From positions 2,496,001 through 2,560,000 of the forward strand of contig OZ241841.1 in assembly GCA_965202665.1 (NCBI GenBank): DNA of 64,000 bases, written 5' to 3'. Made by a program: the position numbers and the translations under genes. Positions 19,513-33,038 of this stretch are shown here, in pieces (position 1 is the stretch's first letter; each line of letters begins with the position of its first letter). Below the pieces are notes generated by a model. It was not told the origin of the DNA and ran no database searches. It was given only the letters and a program-made list of their open reading frames with translations. This DNA comes from Candidatus Spongiisociaceae bacterium. GTDB taxonomy: Bacteria > Actinomycetota > Acidimicrobiia > Spongiisociales > Spongiisociaceae.

Positions 19513-20433
19513 ATGCGCGTTATCGCTCCGATCGGGTCCGAGACGGTGGGCGTCCCCGCTTCCCCGCAGGAGGCGGCGGCCGACGCCGCTAAAGCCGAAG
19601 AGTTGGGTTTCGGAGCCGCCTGGTGCGCCCATTTCAGCCGGGGGCTGGATTCGCTGACCGTGCTGGCCGCGGCAGCCGTCGCCACCTCCCGTATTGAACT
19701 GGGGGTGGGGGTGATCCCCACCTATCCCCGTCATCCGGCGGCGTTGGCCCAGTCGGCCGCCACCGTGCAGCAACTTTCCGGGGGCCGGCTGACTTTGGGG
19801 GTGGGGGTGTCCCACCGCCCCCTCATCGAAGATATGCACGGCTTGGACTATTCCAGCCAGCTGGGGCACCTGCGGGAATACCTGATCGTGCTGGGCGGGT
19901 TGCTCGACGACGGTTCCTGTTCTTTCGCAGGCGAGCATTACCGGGTGGAGGCGTCCATCGCCGTACCCGGAACCTCCCCGGTTCCCATGGTGGTGGGGGC
20001 CCTGTCCCCGGCGATGAGCCGGTTGGGAGGGGAGTTGGCGGACGGGGTCACCACTTGGCTGGCCGGCCCCCGTTCTTTGGAGCAGGTGGTGGTTCCGGCG
20101 GCGGCCGAAGGGGCGGGGGCGGCCGGACGGGCCGCGCCGCGGGTGATAGCGGGCATGCCGGTGGCTTTGGATTCCGACCGGGAGCGGGCCCGGCGGGCAG
20201 CCGCCCAAGCTTTCAGCCGCTATGGGACGTTGGTCAACTATCAGCGGCTGTTCGAACGGGAAGGGGTGGACGGCCCGGCCGATTTGGTGGTCTTCGGAGA
20301 CGAGAGCGAGGTGCGGTCCGGCCTGCGGGCCCTGTTCGAAGCCGGGGCCACCGAAGTGTGGGCGATACCTTTTGACACCGGGCTGGGAACCGCGCCCGCG
20401 CTTGAACTCCTGGCCGAACTGGCTCGGGAATAA
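19513..20433 (+). CDS. LLM-class (probably F420-dependent) oxidoreductase
   Basis: AEELGFGAAW, TSRIELGVGVIPTYPRHP, GGRLTLGVGVSH, GELADG. Confidence 0.85.
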   Translation: MRVIAPIGSETVGVPASPQEAAADAAKAEELGFGAAWCAHFSRGLDSLTVLAAAAVATSRIELGVGVIPTYPRHPAALAQSAATVQQLSGGRLTLGVGVSHRPLIEDMHGLDYSSQLGHLREYLIVLGGLLDDGSCSFAGEHYRVEASIAVPGTSPVPMVVGALSPAMSRLGGELADGVTTWLAGPRSLEQVVVPAAAEGAGAAGRAAPRVIAGMPVALDSDRERARRAAAQAFSRYGTLVNYQRLFEREGVDGPADLVVFGDESEVRSGLRALFEAGATEVWAIPFDTGLGTAPALELLAELARE

Positions 20434-20458
20434 CGCCCCGGCGCCGGGGGAGCGGGAC

Positions 20459-24994
<4,536 letters not shown>

Positions 24995-24998
<4 letters not shown>

Positions 24999-25798
24999 AG
25001 GCGGAAAGTCCTTTCCAACTCTTCGGTCCGAAACTCCCTTCGGCGCACCCGCAGGGGATCAATTTGGCGAATCAGTTCGATGCGGCGGCGGTCGGGCGGC
25101 TGCAAAGCGGACAGGTCGGGGGCGGGGCGCACTTCGAAGCCGGTGGCCCGTTCGATGTCGGAGAGGGTCGTATCGGGGAATATGCGGCGCAGGCGGGCCC
25201 GCCCGTCGGGGAAGTCGAACACGCCCAGTTCGGTCACCATCCGGTCCGGACCTCCCCCGGTGAAGCCCAGCTCCGCCCTGGTTCCGGCCGGGGTGCGGTG
25301 GCCGAGGTCGGTGATGAAATCGCATTCTTCCACCAGGCACCGGCCGGAGCGGTGGTTGGCGCTCCAAATGGTGATGCGGCGCACGGTGGCCGACACGTTG
25401 CATCCGCCCCCGCCTCCTCCCATTTTCACTTTGGGGCGGGGCATGCCCCCCACCGCGGTCAGGTTGGCGTTTCCCCAAGGATCGATCTGCGCTCCGGACA
25501 GGAACATGCGGTCGATGTCCCCCCGCACCGCCGCGTCGAAAAACTCCTCGAAGCGCATGGAGTAGGCCGCCCCCCTTTTCAGGGAGGCGTCGTTGCCGGT
25601 GGGGGGGATGAAAGGCGGGGACGGGTCGACGGCGTACATCGCCCCTTCGATGAGCATCATGCGGGGGGCGTGGGTGCGTTTGGCCAGATGCATGGCGACC
25701 TGCGCGCAGGGGCTGGCGAACCCGTGGAAGACGGCTTCCCCGTCCCGGATAGTGCGGGCCAACTCGGATACGAACCATTCGTCGAGGGTGAACTTCAT
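24995..25798 (-). CDS. CoA-transferase beta subunit (glutaconate CoA-transferase-like)
   Basis: LIEG (candidate catalytic Glu), FLSGAQIDPWGNAN, GGGGG, VTELGVFDF. Confidence 0.85.
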
Positions 25799-26709
25799 CG
25801 GAACATTTCCATCCAGGCCCGGTCGGATTCCCGCCAGCGGGTTAGGTTCTCCAACCTGGCTTCCCCGATCAGGCGGCGGTATTCGGTTTCATCCGCCCCG
25901 GTTACGTATTTTTCCAGATAGGCGGCGGCGCCCGCCGGGGAGGCCGCTTCCCGCACCCATTCCGCGAGGTGGGGGCGGTCGTAGGCGTAAACCGGATAGC
26001 AGGAGGCGGGATGGGCCCCGTAGGGGGTTTCCGCCACCGCCGCCACCTGATGGGCGGGGATGACCACGCCCGCCCCGGCCACTTCTTCGGCGGGGGCCAG
26101 CCGTTCCACGGTGGCGATCACCTGCGCCGCCGCCCCCGCCAGCCGCTCGTCCAAGACGTAGGGCTGCTCCAAGTGCAGGTTGCCCCCCCGGTCGCCCAGC
26201 GGGGCGTGGACGAGGACCGCGTCGGGGCGCAGGGCGGGGACCGCCGTCAGGCGTTCCCCGGTGAAAGGGCAGGTGATTTCCCCGTATTCGGGATGCAGGT
26301 CGCGGATCCCGGTTCCGCGCACCCCCCGCACCGGCAGGAAAGGCAACCCCATTTCCGCCGCCCGCACCTGGGTGAGGATGGTGTCGCAGCAGCTTTCCCG
26401 CACCTCCAACGTTCCTTCCTGGGCCGCCCGGCGGAAGGCGGGGGCCAGGCCGTGGTCCTGTTCGAAACCCACGTAACTCTGCTCGCATATTTTGACCAGG
26501 CCGGCCGCGATGAGCAGTTCCATGTCTATGGAATGGGCGGAGCCGATGATGCGCAGTTCGCCGATCTGCTGGCGTATCAACTCCCGCACCAGGGCCATCG
26601 GCAAACGGGCCGACAGGCTCCCCCCCAGGGCGACCAATCCGCCATGGGGAACCATCCGGGCCGCCTCCTCCAAAGAGGCGGTTTTATCGGAGGCGAGGTG
26701 GAAAGGCAC
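25795..26709 (-). CDS. CoA-transferase alpha subunit
   Basis: ALGG...PMALVRELIRQ, AAEMGLPFLP, PALRPDAVLVHA, PYGAHP. Confidence 0.85.
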   Translation of the reverse strand: MPFHLASDKTASLEEAARMVPHGGLVALGGSLSARLPMALVRELIRQQIGELRIIGSAHSIDMELLIAAGLVKICEQSYVGFEQDHGLAPAFRRAAQEGTLEVRESCCDTILTQVRAAEMGLPFLPVRGVRGTGIRDLHPEYGEITCPFTGERLTAVPALRPDAVLVHAPLGDRGGNLHLEQPYVLDERLAGAAAQVIATVERLAPAEEVAGAGVVIPAHQVAAVAETPYGAHPASCYPVYAYDRPHLAEWVREAASPAGAAAYLEKYVTGADETEYRRLIGEARLENLTRWRESDRAWMEMFR

Positions 26710-26721
26710 GGGCGGATGGGA

Positions 26722-27501
26722 TTATTGGGCGGTCATCCCGCCGTCCACCGTGAAAACGGCCCCGGTTATGAAACTAGCTTCCCCGGAGGCCAGGAACAGG
26801 GCGGCCCGGGCGATGTCCATCGGTTGGCCGAGGCGTCCGATCGGGTATTTGGCGGTGGTCAGTTTCAGGCCCAGTTCCACATCGCCGTCGCCGCGTTTGG
26901 CCAGCAGCGGCTCCATGAGCGGGGTGTGGACGGTGCCCGGGCAGAGGGCGTTCACCCGGATTCCGTCCGGGGCCAGGTCGACGGCCATGGAGCGGGTCAG
27001 GGAGGTAACCGCCCCTTTGGCCGCGCAGTAGGCGGCAATGCCCGCCACCCCCGCCAGGGCGGCCACCGACGCCTGGTTTACGATCGCCCCCCCGCCCGAC
27101 TCCCGCAGGCGGGGAACGGCGGCCCGGGAGGTCAGGAAGGTTCCTTTTACGTTCACCGCAAAGCAACGATCCCAGTCTTCTTCCCCCGCCTCGGCCACCG
27201 AGCCCGTCGAACCCACCCCGGCGTTGTTGTACAAGACGTCCAAGCGGCCGAATTCGGAGTAGGCCCGTTCCACCGCCTCCCCGATCCGGGCGGCCTGCGA
27301 CACGTCGGCTTCCAGCGGCAGGGCCGTCCCCCCTTCGGCGCCGATCAAGCGGGCGGTTTCGGCGGCCGCTGCCCGGTCGACGTCCACCGCCGCCACCGCC
27401 GCCCCTTCCCGGGCGAACAGCAGGGCGGCCGCCCGCCCGATGCCCGACCCGGCCCCGGTGATCAGGGCGGCTTGCCCGTCCAGACGCTTCATATCGTTCA
27501 T
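26722..27501 (-). CDS. SDR dehydrogenase, S-hydroxypropyl/hydroxyethyl-CoM dehydrogenase-like
   Basis: TGAGSGIG, NNAG, AAYCAAKGA, CPGTV, AKYPIGR, VDGGMTA resemble recalled XecE; start ATG 27501 (or 27492). Confidence 0.75.
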   Translation of the reverse strand: MNDMKRLDGQAALITGAGSGIGRAAALLFAREGAAVAAVDVDRAAAAETARLIGAEGGTALPLEADVSQAARIGEAVERAYSEFGRLDVLYNNAGVGSTGSVAEAGEEDWDRCFAVNVKGTFLTSRAAVPRLRESGGGAIVNQASVAALAGVAGIAAYCAAKGAVTSLTRSMAVDLAPDGIRVNALCPGTVHTPLMEPLLAKRGDGDVELGLKLTTAKYPIGRLGQPMDIARAALFLASGEASFITGAVFTVDGGMTAQ

Positions 27502-27508
27502 ACATTCC

Positions 27509-27530
27509 AGTTTACGACCCGCCTGTGACA
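27509..27530 (-). promoter_or_regulatory. TGTCAC-N10-TAAACT promoter (RecA-NDp/PafBC-like), leaderless start
   Basis: Minus strand TGTCAC aggcgggtcg TAAACT, then 7 nt to ATG 27501; same geometry as 36859-36880. Confidence 0.5.
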
Positions 27531-27625
27531 CGCGCCGCGTAAGACCCCCTTTGCTTGACGGAGAGATTCCCGGCTAAGCGCGGCTAGCCTTGGGAAACAA
27601 TCTTTTGGGATAAGGAGGACGGATT

Positions 27626-28351
27626 ATGGGCGTAGCGGTGGTGACGGGCGGGGGGTCGGGGATCGGTCGGGCGGCCTGCGCCCGGCTGGGCGAAGACGGG
27701 TTCGCCCTGGCGGTTTTGGACTTGAACCGGGAGGCGGCGGAGGAGGCCGCGGGCGGGGGGTTGGGGTTGGGGACCGACGTTTCCGATCCGGAACAGGTGG
27801 AGCGGGCCTTCGACCTCATCGAACGGGAACTGGGGCCGGTGCGGGTTCTGGTCAACAACGCCGGCATAACCGGTTCGGCGGCGGCCGCCCGCCTGCACGA
27901 AACTCCTTTGGAGGAGTGGGAGCGGGTGATGGAGGTGAACGTGCGGGCCCTCTATCTGTGTTCCCGCGCCGCCCTGCGTTCCATGATTCCCCGCCGCGCC
28001 GGGCATATCATCACCATGGCTTCCGTGGCCGGGATTTCCCCTTTTCCGGGCCGGGCGGCTTATTCGGTTTCCAAAGGGGCGGCGTTGCTGTTGGCCAAGT
28101 CCATCGCCCGCGACTACGCCGCCGACGGGATACGCTCCAACGCGGTCTGTCCGGGGATGGCGGAGACCCCGATGACCGCTTGGCGGCTCAACCAGCCTGA
28201 GTTGCGGGCGGCCGTCGAGTCGCGGATTCCCCTGGGGAGGGTGGCGCAGCCGGAGGACATCGCCGACGCGGTGGCCCTGCTGGCCTCCGACCGTTTGTCC
28301 TATATGACCGGCCACGCCCTGGTAGTGGACGGGGGCTGGTCCATTTGGTGA
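27626..28351 (+). CDS. xecD: (R)-2-hydroxypropyl-CoM dehydrogenase
   Basis: NNAGITG...LHETP, FPGRAAYSVSKGA and TPMTAWRLNQPELR keep both sulfonate-binding Arg of recalled XecD. Confidence 0.85.
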   Translation: MGVAVVTGGGSGIGRAACARLGEDGFALAVLDLNREAAEEAAGGGLGLGTDVSDPEQVERAFDLIERELGPVRVLVNNAGITGSAAAARLHETPLEEWERVMEVNVRALYLCSRAALRSMIPRRAGHIITMASVAGISPFPGRAAYSVSKGAALLLAKSIARDYAADGIRSNAVCPGMAETPMTAWRLNQPELRAAVESRIPLGRVAQPEDIADAVALLASDRLSYMTGHALVVDGGWSIW

Positions 28352-28395
28352 ACAGGGTGAACTGGGTGAACCGGTGAACCGGTGAACGGGTGAAC
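28347..28395 (+). repeat. Six tandem GGTGAAC units (8-9 bp period)
   Basis: Copies at 28347, 28356, 28365, 28373, 28381, 28389. Confidence 0.9.
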
Positions 28396-28597
28396 TAGCG
28401 AAAACCCCTCCGGGGGAGAGACTTGAAGTTAAAAATTTTTTCCCGTTCCCGCCCCGGTCGGGCAAACGGGGGCTGTACCATAAGCGGGGCAACGTGCAAC
28501 GAGTACGAGTAAGCGAGCAGCAACGAACGACAAGGAGGTAACCACAGGTACGCACCCGGCCCCGCTTTCCAACGAGACGAGCCAAGGAGGAAATATT

Positions 28598-29704
28598 ATG
28601 CAGATCAGAGGTCAAGAGGTGACGATTCCCACCTCCATGGTGGGGAATTACCCCAATCCGAGATGGTGGGACGCCCACTGCGTCCGTTCTTGGAGCGGCG
28701 ACCAGGAGCCGCCCGACTCCTTCGTGCGGGAAGCTTTGGAAGATGCCACGTCGGCCTTGGTAACCGACCAGGAGAACGCCGGTTTGGACATCATCACCGA
28801 TGGGCGATTGCATGGGGACAACTACGCCGACCAGGCGCTCTACTACTACTACAAGCGTTTGGGTTACGACCTGAAAGGCGGTTACCTGGGGTTCCCCATC
28901 TACAGCCGGTTGCACGCCGGGACCCTCACCCAGGAGGTGAAGCGGCGGGGGGCGATCATGGTGGAGCAGGCCCGCGCCCTGCGCCGGGCCACCGACAAGC
29001 CGACCAAGGTGCAGTACACGGGGGTGCAGGTGCTGGCCCAGGCCACCAACGACCTGTTCTACGACAACCCGTACGATCGGGCGATGGCCATCGCCGAAGC
29101 GGTCAACGAGGACATCTTGGAAGTGGACGCGATGGGCATCGATTTCATCCAGTTGGACGAGTTCACTTGGCCCTACTTCTACGAAGACTGGGCCATAGAG
29201 GCTTTCAACCGGGCGGTGCAGGGCGTGCAAAACGCCCAGATCATCGTGCACATCTGCTGGGGCAACTGGGGCGGCACCCCCGCCTACATGCCGGACGACA
29301 CGGCCGGGTCGGAGGGCATCTTCGACCTGACCATCCGGGAAGGCGACGAACCGGCCGCCACCGCCTCCATCGTCCCCCAGGCGTACGGGGCCGACATCAA
29401 CGTTCTCAACTTGGAGAACTGCGGTCGGCGCTCCGATGACCTGTCCGGCTTGGAGGTGATCCGGCAGCACCCGTTGCCCGACAACGTGATGTTCTGGGCG
29501 GGCGTGATCGACGTCAAGTCCACCATCACCGAGACCGCCGAACAGGTGGCGGGGCGCATCCGGCGGTTGCTGGAGTACATCCCGGCCGACCGGCTGGGGG
29601 TGACCACCGACTGCGGGCTGATCCTGCTCCAGCGCTACATCGCGGTGGACAAGTTGCACGCCTTGGCGTCGGGGGCGGAGCTGGTCCGCCGGGAACTGGG
29701 CTAG
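28598..29704 (+). CDS. etnE: Epoxyalkane:coenzyme M transferase (EaCoMT, XecA/EtnE)
   Basis: GNYPNPRWWD, DGRLHGDNY, LGYDLKGGYLGFPIYSRLH, HICWGN and DCG zinc ligands; strong AAGGAGG RBS. Confidence 0.93.
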   Translation: MQIRGQEVTIPTSMVGNYPNPRWWDAHCVRSWSGDQEPPDSFVREALEDATSALVTDQENAGLDIITDGRLHGDNYADQALYYYYKRLGYDLKGGYLGFPIYSRLHAGTLTQEVKRRGAIMVEQARALRRATDKPTKVQYTGVQVLAQATNDLFYDNPYDRAMAIAEAVNEDILEVDAMGIDFIQLDEFTWPYFYEDWAIEAFNRAVQGVQNAQIIVHICWGNWGGTPAYMPDDTAGSEGIFDLTIREGDEPAATASIVPQAYGADINVLNLENCGRRSDDLSGLEVIRQHPLPDNVMFWAGVIDVKSTITETAEQVAGRIRRLLEYIPADRLGVTTDCGLILLQRYIAVDKLHALASGAELVRRELG

Positions 29705-29788
29705 AAACACGGGCGGAACCCGTTGTCTCCGGCGTTGGCGACCGGCGCCGGGGGCGGCTTTCCGCCGGTTCGCTAGATTAAATATATT

Positions 29789-30721
29789 ATGGCGGCCGAA
29801 CAGCCTTCTCCCAACGCCCGGGCCCATCCTTACCGCGGGTTGTCGGTGCAGCATGTGGACCGCTCCCCGGAACCCGATTTCGTCATGGAATACCTGCTGG
29901 GCCGGGAGGTGTACCGCCGCACCGACTACGTGGGCTTGGTATACGGGGAACATGGCGAACATGGGGAACGCGGGCCGGAGGCGGCCCTGGCGGCGGTTAC
30001 CCGGGCCGAGGCGGGCCCCGACGACCTGTTCGCCCCGGTAACCGAAGTGGCGGTGTGGTCGGGCCCGGACCGCACCATGCTGGTGGAAGAGGAGACGGCG
30101 GACGTGGGCAACGCCACCGCTTTGGCGGAGGCCGCCCTGGCCCGGGCCCGCCCCGGCGTGTCCGGGTTTTTGGTGAAAGGCAAATTCGAGCATATTAATT
30201 TTATCTGGGAGCCGTCCCCGTTGCGCATTCACGTGACCGAAGTGACCCCTCCCGACCCGCCCAAGCTGCTGGAGCAGGCCCGGCAGGCGGTGGCCTACGA
30301 CGAGGACCTGCCCCCGATAGAGTTGGTTTTGGAGGAGGTAACCTTCTCCGAGCTGGCCGCTCCGTCCCCTTCTCGCTCTTACTTGGTGCCGTGCCGGGGG
30401 GCCGGTTTGGAGTTGCCCGGCGAGTTGTCCTACCTGGACACCCGCCCCGCCCGCCGCGGGGATTGGGTGATGATCGGGTGCGAACGTTCCATGCAACTGC
30501 ATCGCCATTTCTACGGGGACGATCCCCCCCAGGTGGACATCTGCCCCCGCCGCCGGGTGGACGAAGCCGAACCGGAGGGGCGGTGGCTGGTCAAATGCTG
30601 CATGTTGGAGCGGGGAACCGAGTTCGAGCCGGGCCGGGCGGTGGTGCCCTGGGGGGCGAATTTGGACGAGGTGCGCCGCGCCCTGCGCTGGCTGGCCGGG
30701 GTTCCCGCCCTGAGCGGATGA
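29789..30721 (+). CDS. Cys/His-rich protein, probable XcbA (XecG)-like CoM biosynthesis enzyme
   Basis: Heads the operon of lyase/PLP genes; GCERS..H.HFYG, ICP, KCCMLE, VVPWGA; assignment mainly by context. Confidence 0.6.
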   Translation: MAAEQPSPNARAHPYRGLSVQHVDRSPEPDFVMEYLLGREVYRRTDYVGLVYGEHGEHGERGPEAALAAVTRAEAGPDDLFAPVTEVAVWSGPDRTMLVEEETADVGNATALAEAALARARPGVSGFLVKGKFEHINFIWEPSPLRIHVTEVTPPDPPKLLEQARQAVAYDEDLPPIELVLEEVTFSELAAPSPSRSYLVPCRGAGLELPGELSYLDTRPARRGDWVMIGCERSMQLHRHFYGDDPPQVDICPRRRVDEAEPEGRWLVKCCMLERGTEFEPGRAVVPWGANLDEVRRALRWLAGVPALSG

Positions 30722-32070
30722 GCATTTTCCTGGGGGATTCCACCGTCTACGGCCATCTGTGGGCCACCGACGAAGCGAGGGGGATTTTGGAGGAGGAGGC
30801 CCGGTTCGCCTCCTGGTTGGAAATTTTGGCTTGCCTGGCCGAGGCGCAGGCGGAACTGGGCCTGGTTCCGGCCGGGGCCGCCCGTTCCATCCGGGAGGCG
30901 GCGGGCGGGCTGGAACTGGATTTGGAAAAGGTGGCGGAGCAAACCCGGGCCACCAGCCATTCCACCTTGGGACTGATCGGGGAGTTGCGCCGCCGGCTGC
31001 CCGAACCGGCCCGGGAGTGGGTGTATTACGGGGCCACCGTCCAGGATCTGAGCGACACGTGGACCGCGCTGGTGATGCGGCGGGTGGGCGACTTGCTGGA
31101 CCGGGATTTGCTCCGCATCCGGCGGGCGGCGGCGCGGCTGGCCCGGGAGCATAGCGAAACCCCGATGCTGGGGCGCACCCACGCCCAGCCCGGCTTGCCG
31201 ATACCGTTCGGGTTCAAAGCGGCGGTGTGGGCGGACGAGTTGGACCGCCACCGGGAGCGTTTGGAGCAGGGGCGGAGCCGGTGGGAGGTGGCGCAGTTGG
31301 GCGGGGCGCTGGGCACCATGGAGTTTTGGGGGGAGGAGGCCGTCCCCCTTTTGGAGGCTTTCGCTCGCCGTTTGGGGCTGGGGGTTCCCAACATCGCCTG
31401 GTTCACCAGCCGGGACCGCCCGGCCGAGTTCGTAGCCCTGTTAGCCGCCTGCGCCGCCACCATCGCCAAAATCGGCAACGAGATCATGGAGTTGCAACGG
31501 TTGGAGATCGGGGAGGTGCGGGAGCCGTTCATTCCGGGGACGGTGGGCAGCATCACCATGCCCCAGAAACGCAACCCGGAGTTTTCGGAACATTTGGACA
31601 CGCTGGCCCGGCTGGTGCGGTCGGCGGCGGCGGTGATGGCCGAAGGGATGACGCAGTTGCACGAGCGGGACGGCCGGGGTTGGAAGGCGGAGTGGGCGGC
31701 GCTGCCGCAGGCGTGCGCCATGACTTTGAAGGCGACCAGCCTGGCCGCCCCGTTGCTGGAAGGGTTGGAGGTGGACGGGGAGCGGATGCGGGCCAACATG
31801 GAGGCGCAACGGGGATACGTGTTCGCCGAGCCGGTGATGCGGGCTTTGGCCGATCGGGTGGGCAAGCACACCGCCCACGAGATCGTCTACCGGGCGGCCA
31901 TGAACGGGGTGGAGTCGGGAATGTCCTTCGCCGACGCATTGTTGGCCGACGAACGGGTTTCCGCCCATTTGGACCGCCCGGGGGTCATCGCCCTGTTCGA
32001 CGCGGAGCGGGCGATGGGGGCGGGCCCCGCCTTCGCGGAGCGGGTGGCGGGGGAGGAGGGGGAGGTTTGA
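30718..32070 (+). CDS. Adenylosuccinate lyase-like protein (XcbD-like)
   Basis: GATVQD, GRTHAQP, GSITMPQKRNP (non-canonical signature); within CoM cluster. Confidence 0.8.
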   Translation: MSIFLGDSTVYGHLWATDEARGILEEEARFASWLEILACLAEAQAELGLVPAGAARSIREAAGGLELDLEKVAEQTRATSHSTLGLIGELRRRLPEPAREWVYYGATVQDLSDTWTALVMRRVGDLLDRDLLRIRRAAARLAREHSETPMLGRTHAQPGLPIPFGFKAAVWADELDRHRERLEQGRSRWEVAQLGGALGTMEFWGEEAVPLLEAFARRLGLGVPNIAWFTSRDRPAEFVALLAACAATIAKIGNEIMELQRLEIGEVREPFIPGTVGSITMPQKRNPEFSEHLDTLARLVRSAAAVMAEGMTQLHERDGRGWKAEWAALPQACAMTLKATSLAAPLLEGLEVDGERMRANMEAQRGYVFAEPVMRALADRVGKHTAHEIVYRAAMNGVESGMSFADALLADERVSAHLDRPGVIALFDAERAMGAGPAFAERVAGEEGEV

Positions 32071-33038
32071 CTTCCGGGACGGGCGCCGCCCGGCGTTCCC
32101 TGGCGACGCTGCCCACCCCGTTGCATCCGGCCCCCCGCCTGTCGGAGGAGCTGGGGGCGGAGGTGTGGCTGAAGCGGGACGATATGACCGGCCTGGGGCT
32201 GGGGGGCAACAAGGCCCGCCCGTTGCAGTTTCTGCTGGAGGACGCCCGGGAGCGGGGGGCGGACCATTTGGTGACCGGGGGCGGCCCGTCCTCCAACTGG
32301 GTTTTGCTGGCCGCGGTGGGGGCCCGGCAACGGGGTTTGGGGGTGGAGGCGGTGCTGTTCGGGGACGGCGGGGGGCCGGAGCCGGGATGCCTGCGGCTGT
32401 TGCGCCGCCTGCCGGGGGTGGAAATCACTTTCACCGGGGAGGGGGAACGGTCTTCGGTGGATCCGATGTTGGAGGCGCGGGCGGAGGAGGTTCGGAAACG
32501 GGGGGGAGTCCCCTACGTGGTGGAGCGGGGCGGGGCTTCCCCGGTGGGGGCGCTCGGTTACGCGCGGGCCGTTTCCGAAATAAACGAACAGCTGGCGGAG
32601 CGGGGGTTGGAGATGGGGGCGGTGTGGCTGGCCGCCGGGTCGTGCGGTACCCAGGCCGGGCTGGTGGCCGGACATTCTTTCACGGGCGCGGAGCGGCGGA
32701 TAACGGGGGTGTCGGTGCATCGCCCCCTGCCGGAATGCCGCCGCCGCATCGCCCGCATCTCCGAGGCGGCCCTGGATTTGCTGTCGGCCGCCCCCGGGGA
32801 AAGGGCGCCGGCGGAATGGGAGGTGCTGGACGGTTTGCGGCCGGATCCGGCGCGGGTGCGGGCCGCGGTGCGGCTGATGGCGGACACCGAAGGGATTTTC
32901 CTGGACGACGAGTTCGGCGGCCCGGCTTTGGCGATGTTGGCGGAACGGGCCGGGGAGACGGCCGGTCCGGTGCTGTTTCTGGTAACCGGCGGCGCCCCGG
33001 GTCTGTTCAACGGCGGGGAGGGCGGCCGACGTGCGTGA
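32067..33038 (+). CDS. PLP-dependent D-cysteine desulfhydrase/ACC deaminase-like protein (XcbE-like)
   Basis: PTPL, WLKRDD..GLGLGGNKAR, GSCGTQAGL, TGG; TTG start overlaps previous stop. Confidence 0.8.
   Translation: MTSGTGAARRSLATLPTPLHPAPRLSEELGAEVWLKRDDMTGLGLGGNKARPLQFLLEDARERGADHLVTGGGPSSNWVLLAAVGARQRGLGVEAVLFGDGGGPEPGCLRLLRRLPGVEITFTGEGERSSVDPMLEARAEEVRKRGGVPYVVERGGASPVGALGYARAVSEINEQLAERGLEMGAVWLAAGSCGTQAGLVAGHSFTGAERRITGVSVHRPLPECRRRIARISEAALDLLSAAPGERAPAEWEVLDGLRPDPARVRAAVRLMADTEGIFLDDEFGGPALAMLAERAGETAGPVLFLVTGGAPGLFNGGEGGRRA

Noticed and set aside
28347-28395. CRISPR array
   Set aside because: 7-bp units with no spacers and no cas genes. No CRISPR array was seen anywhere in the window.
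28598-29704. Cobalamin-independent methionine synthase (MetE)
   Set aside because: Shares the Zn fold, but the EtnE-specific sequence and CoM gene context indicate EaCoMT.
27584-30508. 974-aa minus-strand ORF, and similar long overlapping ORFs such as 12960-15140 and 17804-19657
   Set aside because: Shadow frames of well-supported genes in high-GC DNA, with no motifs.
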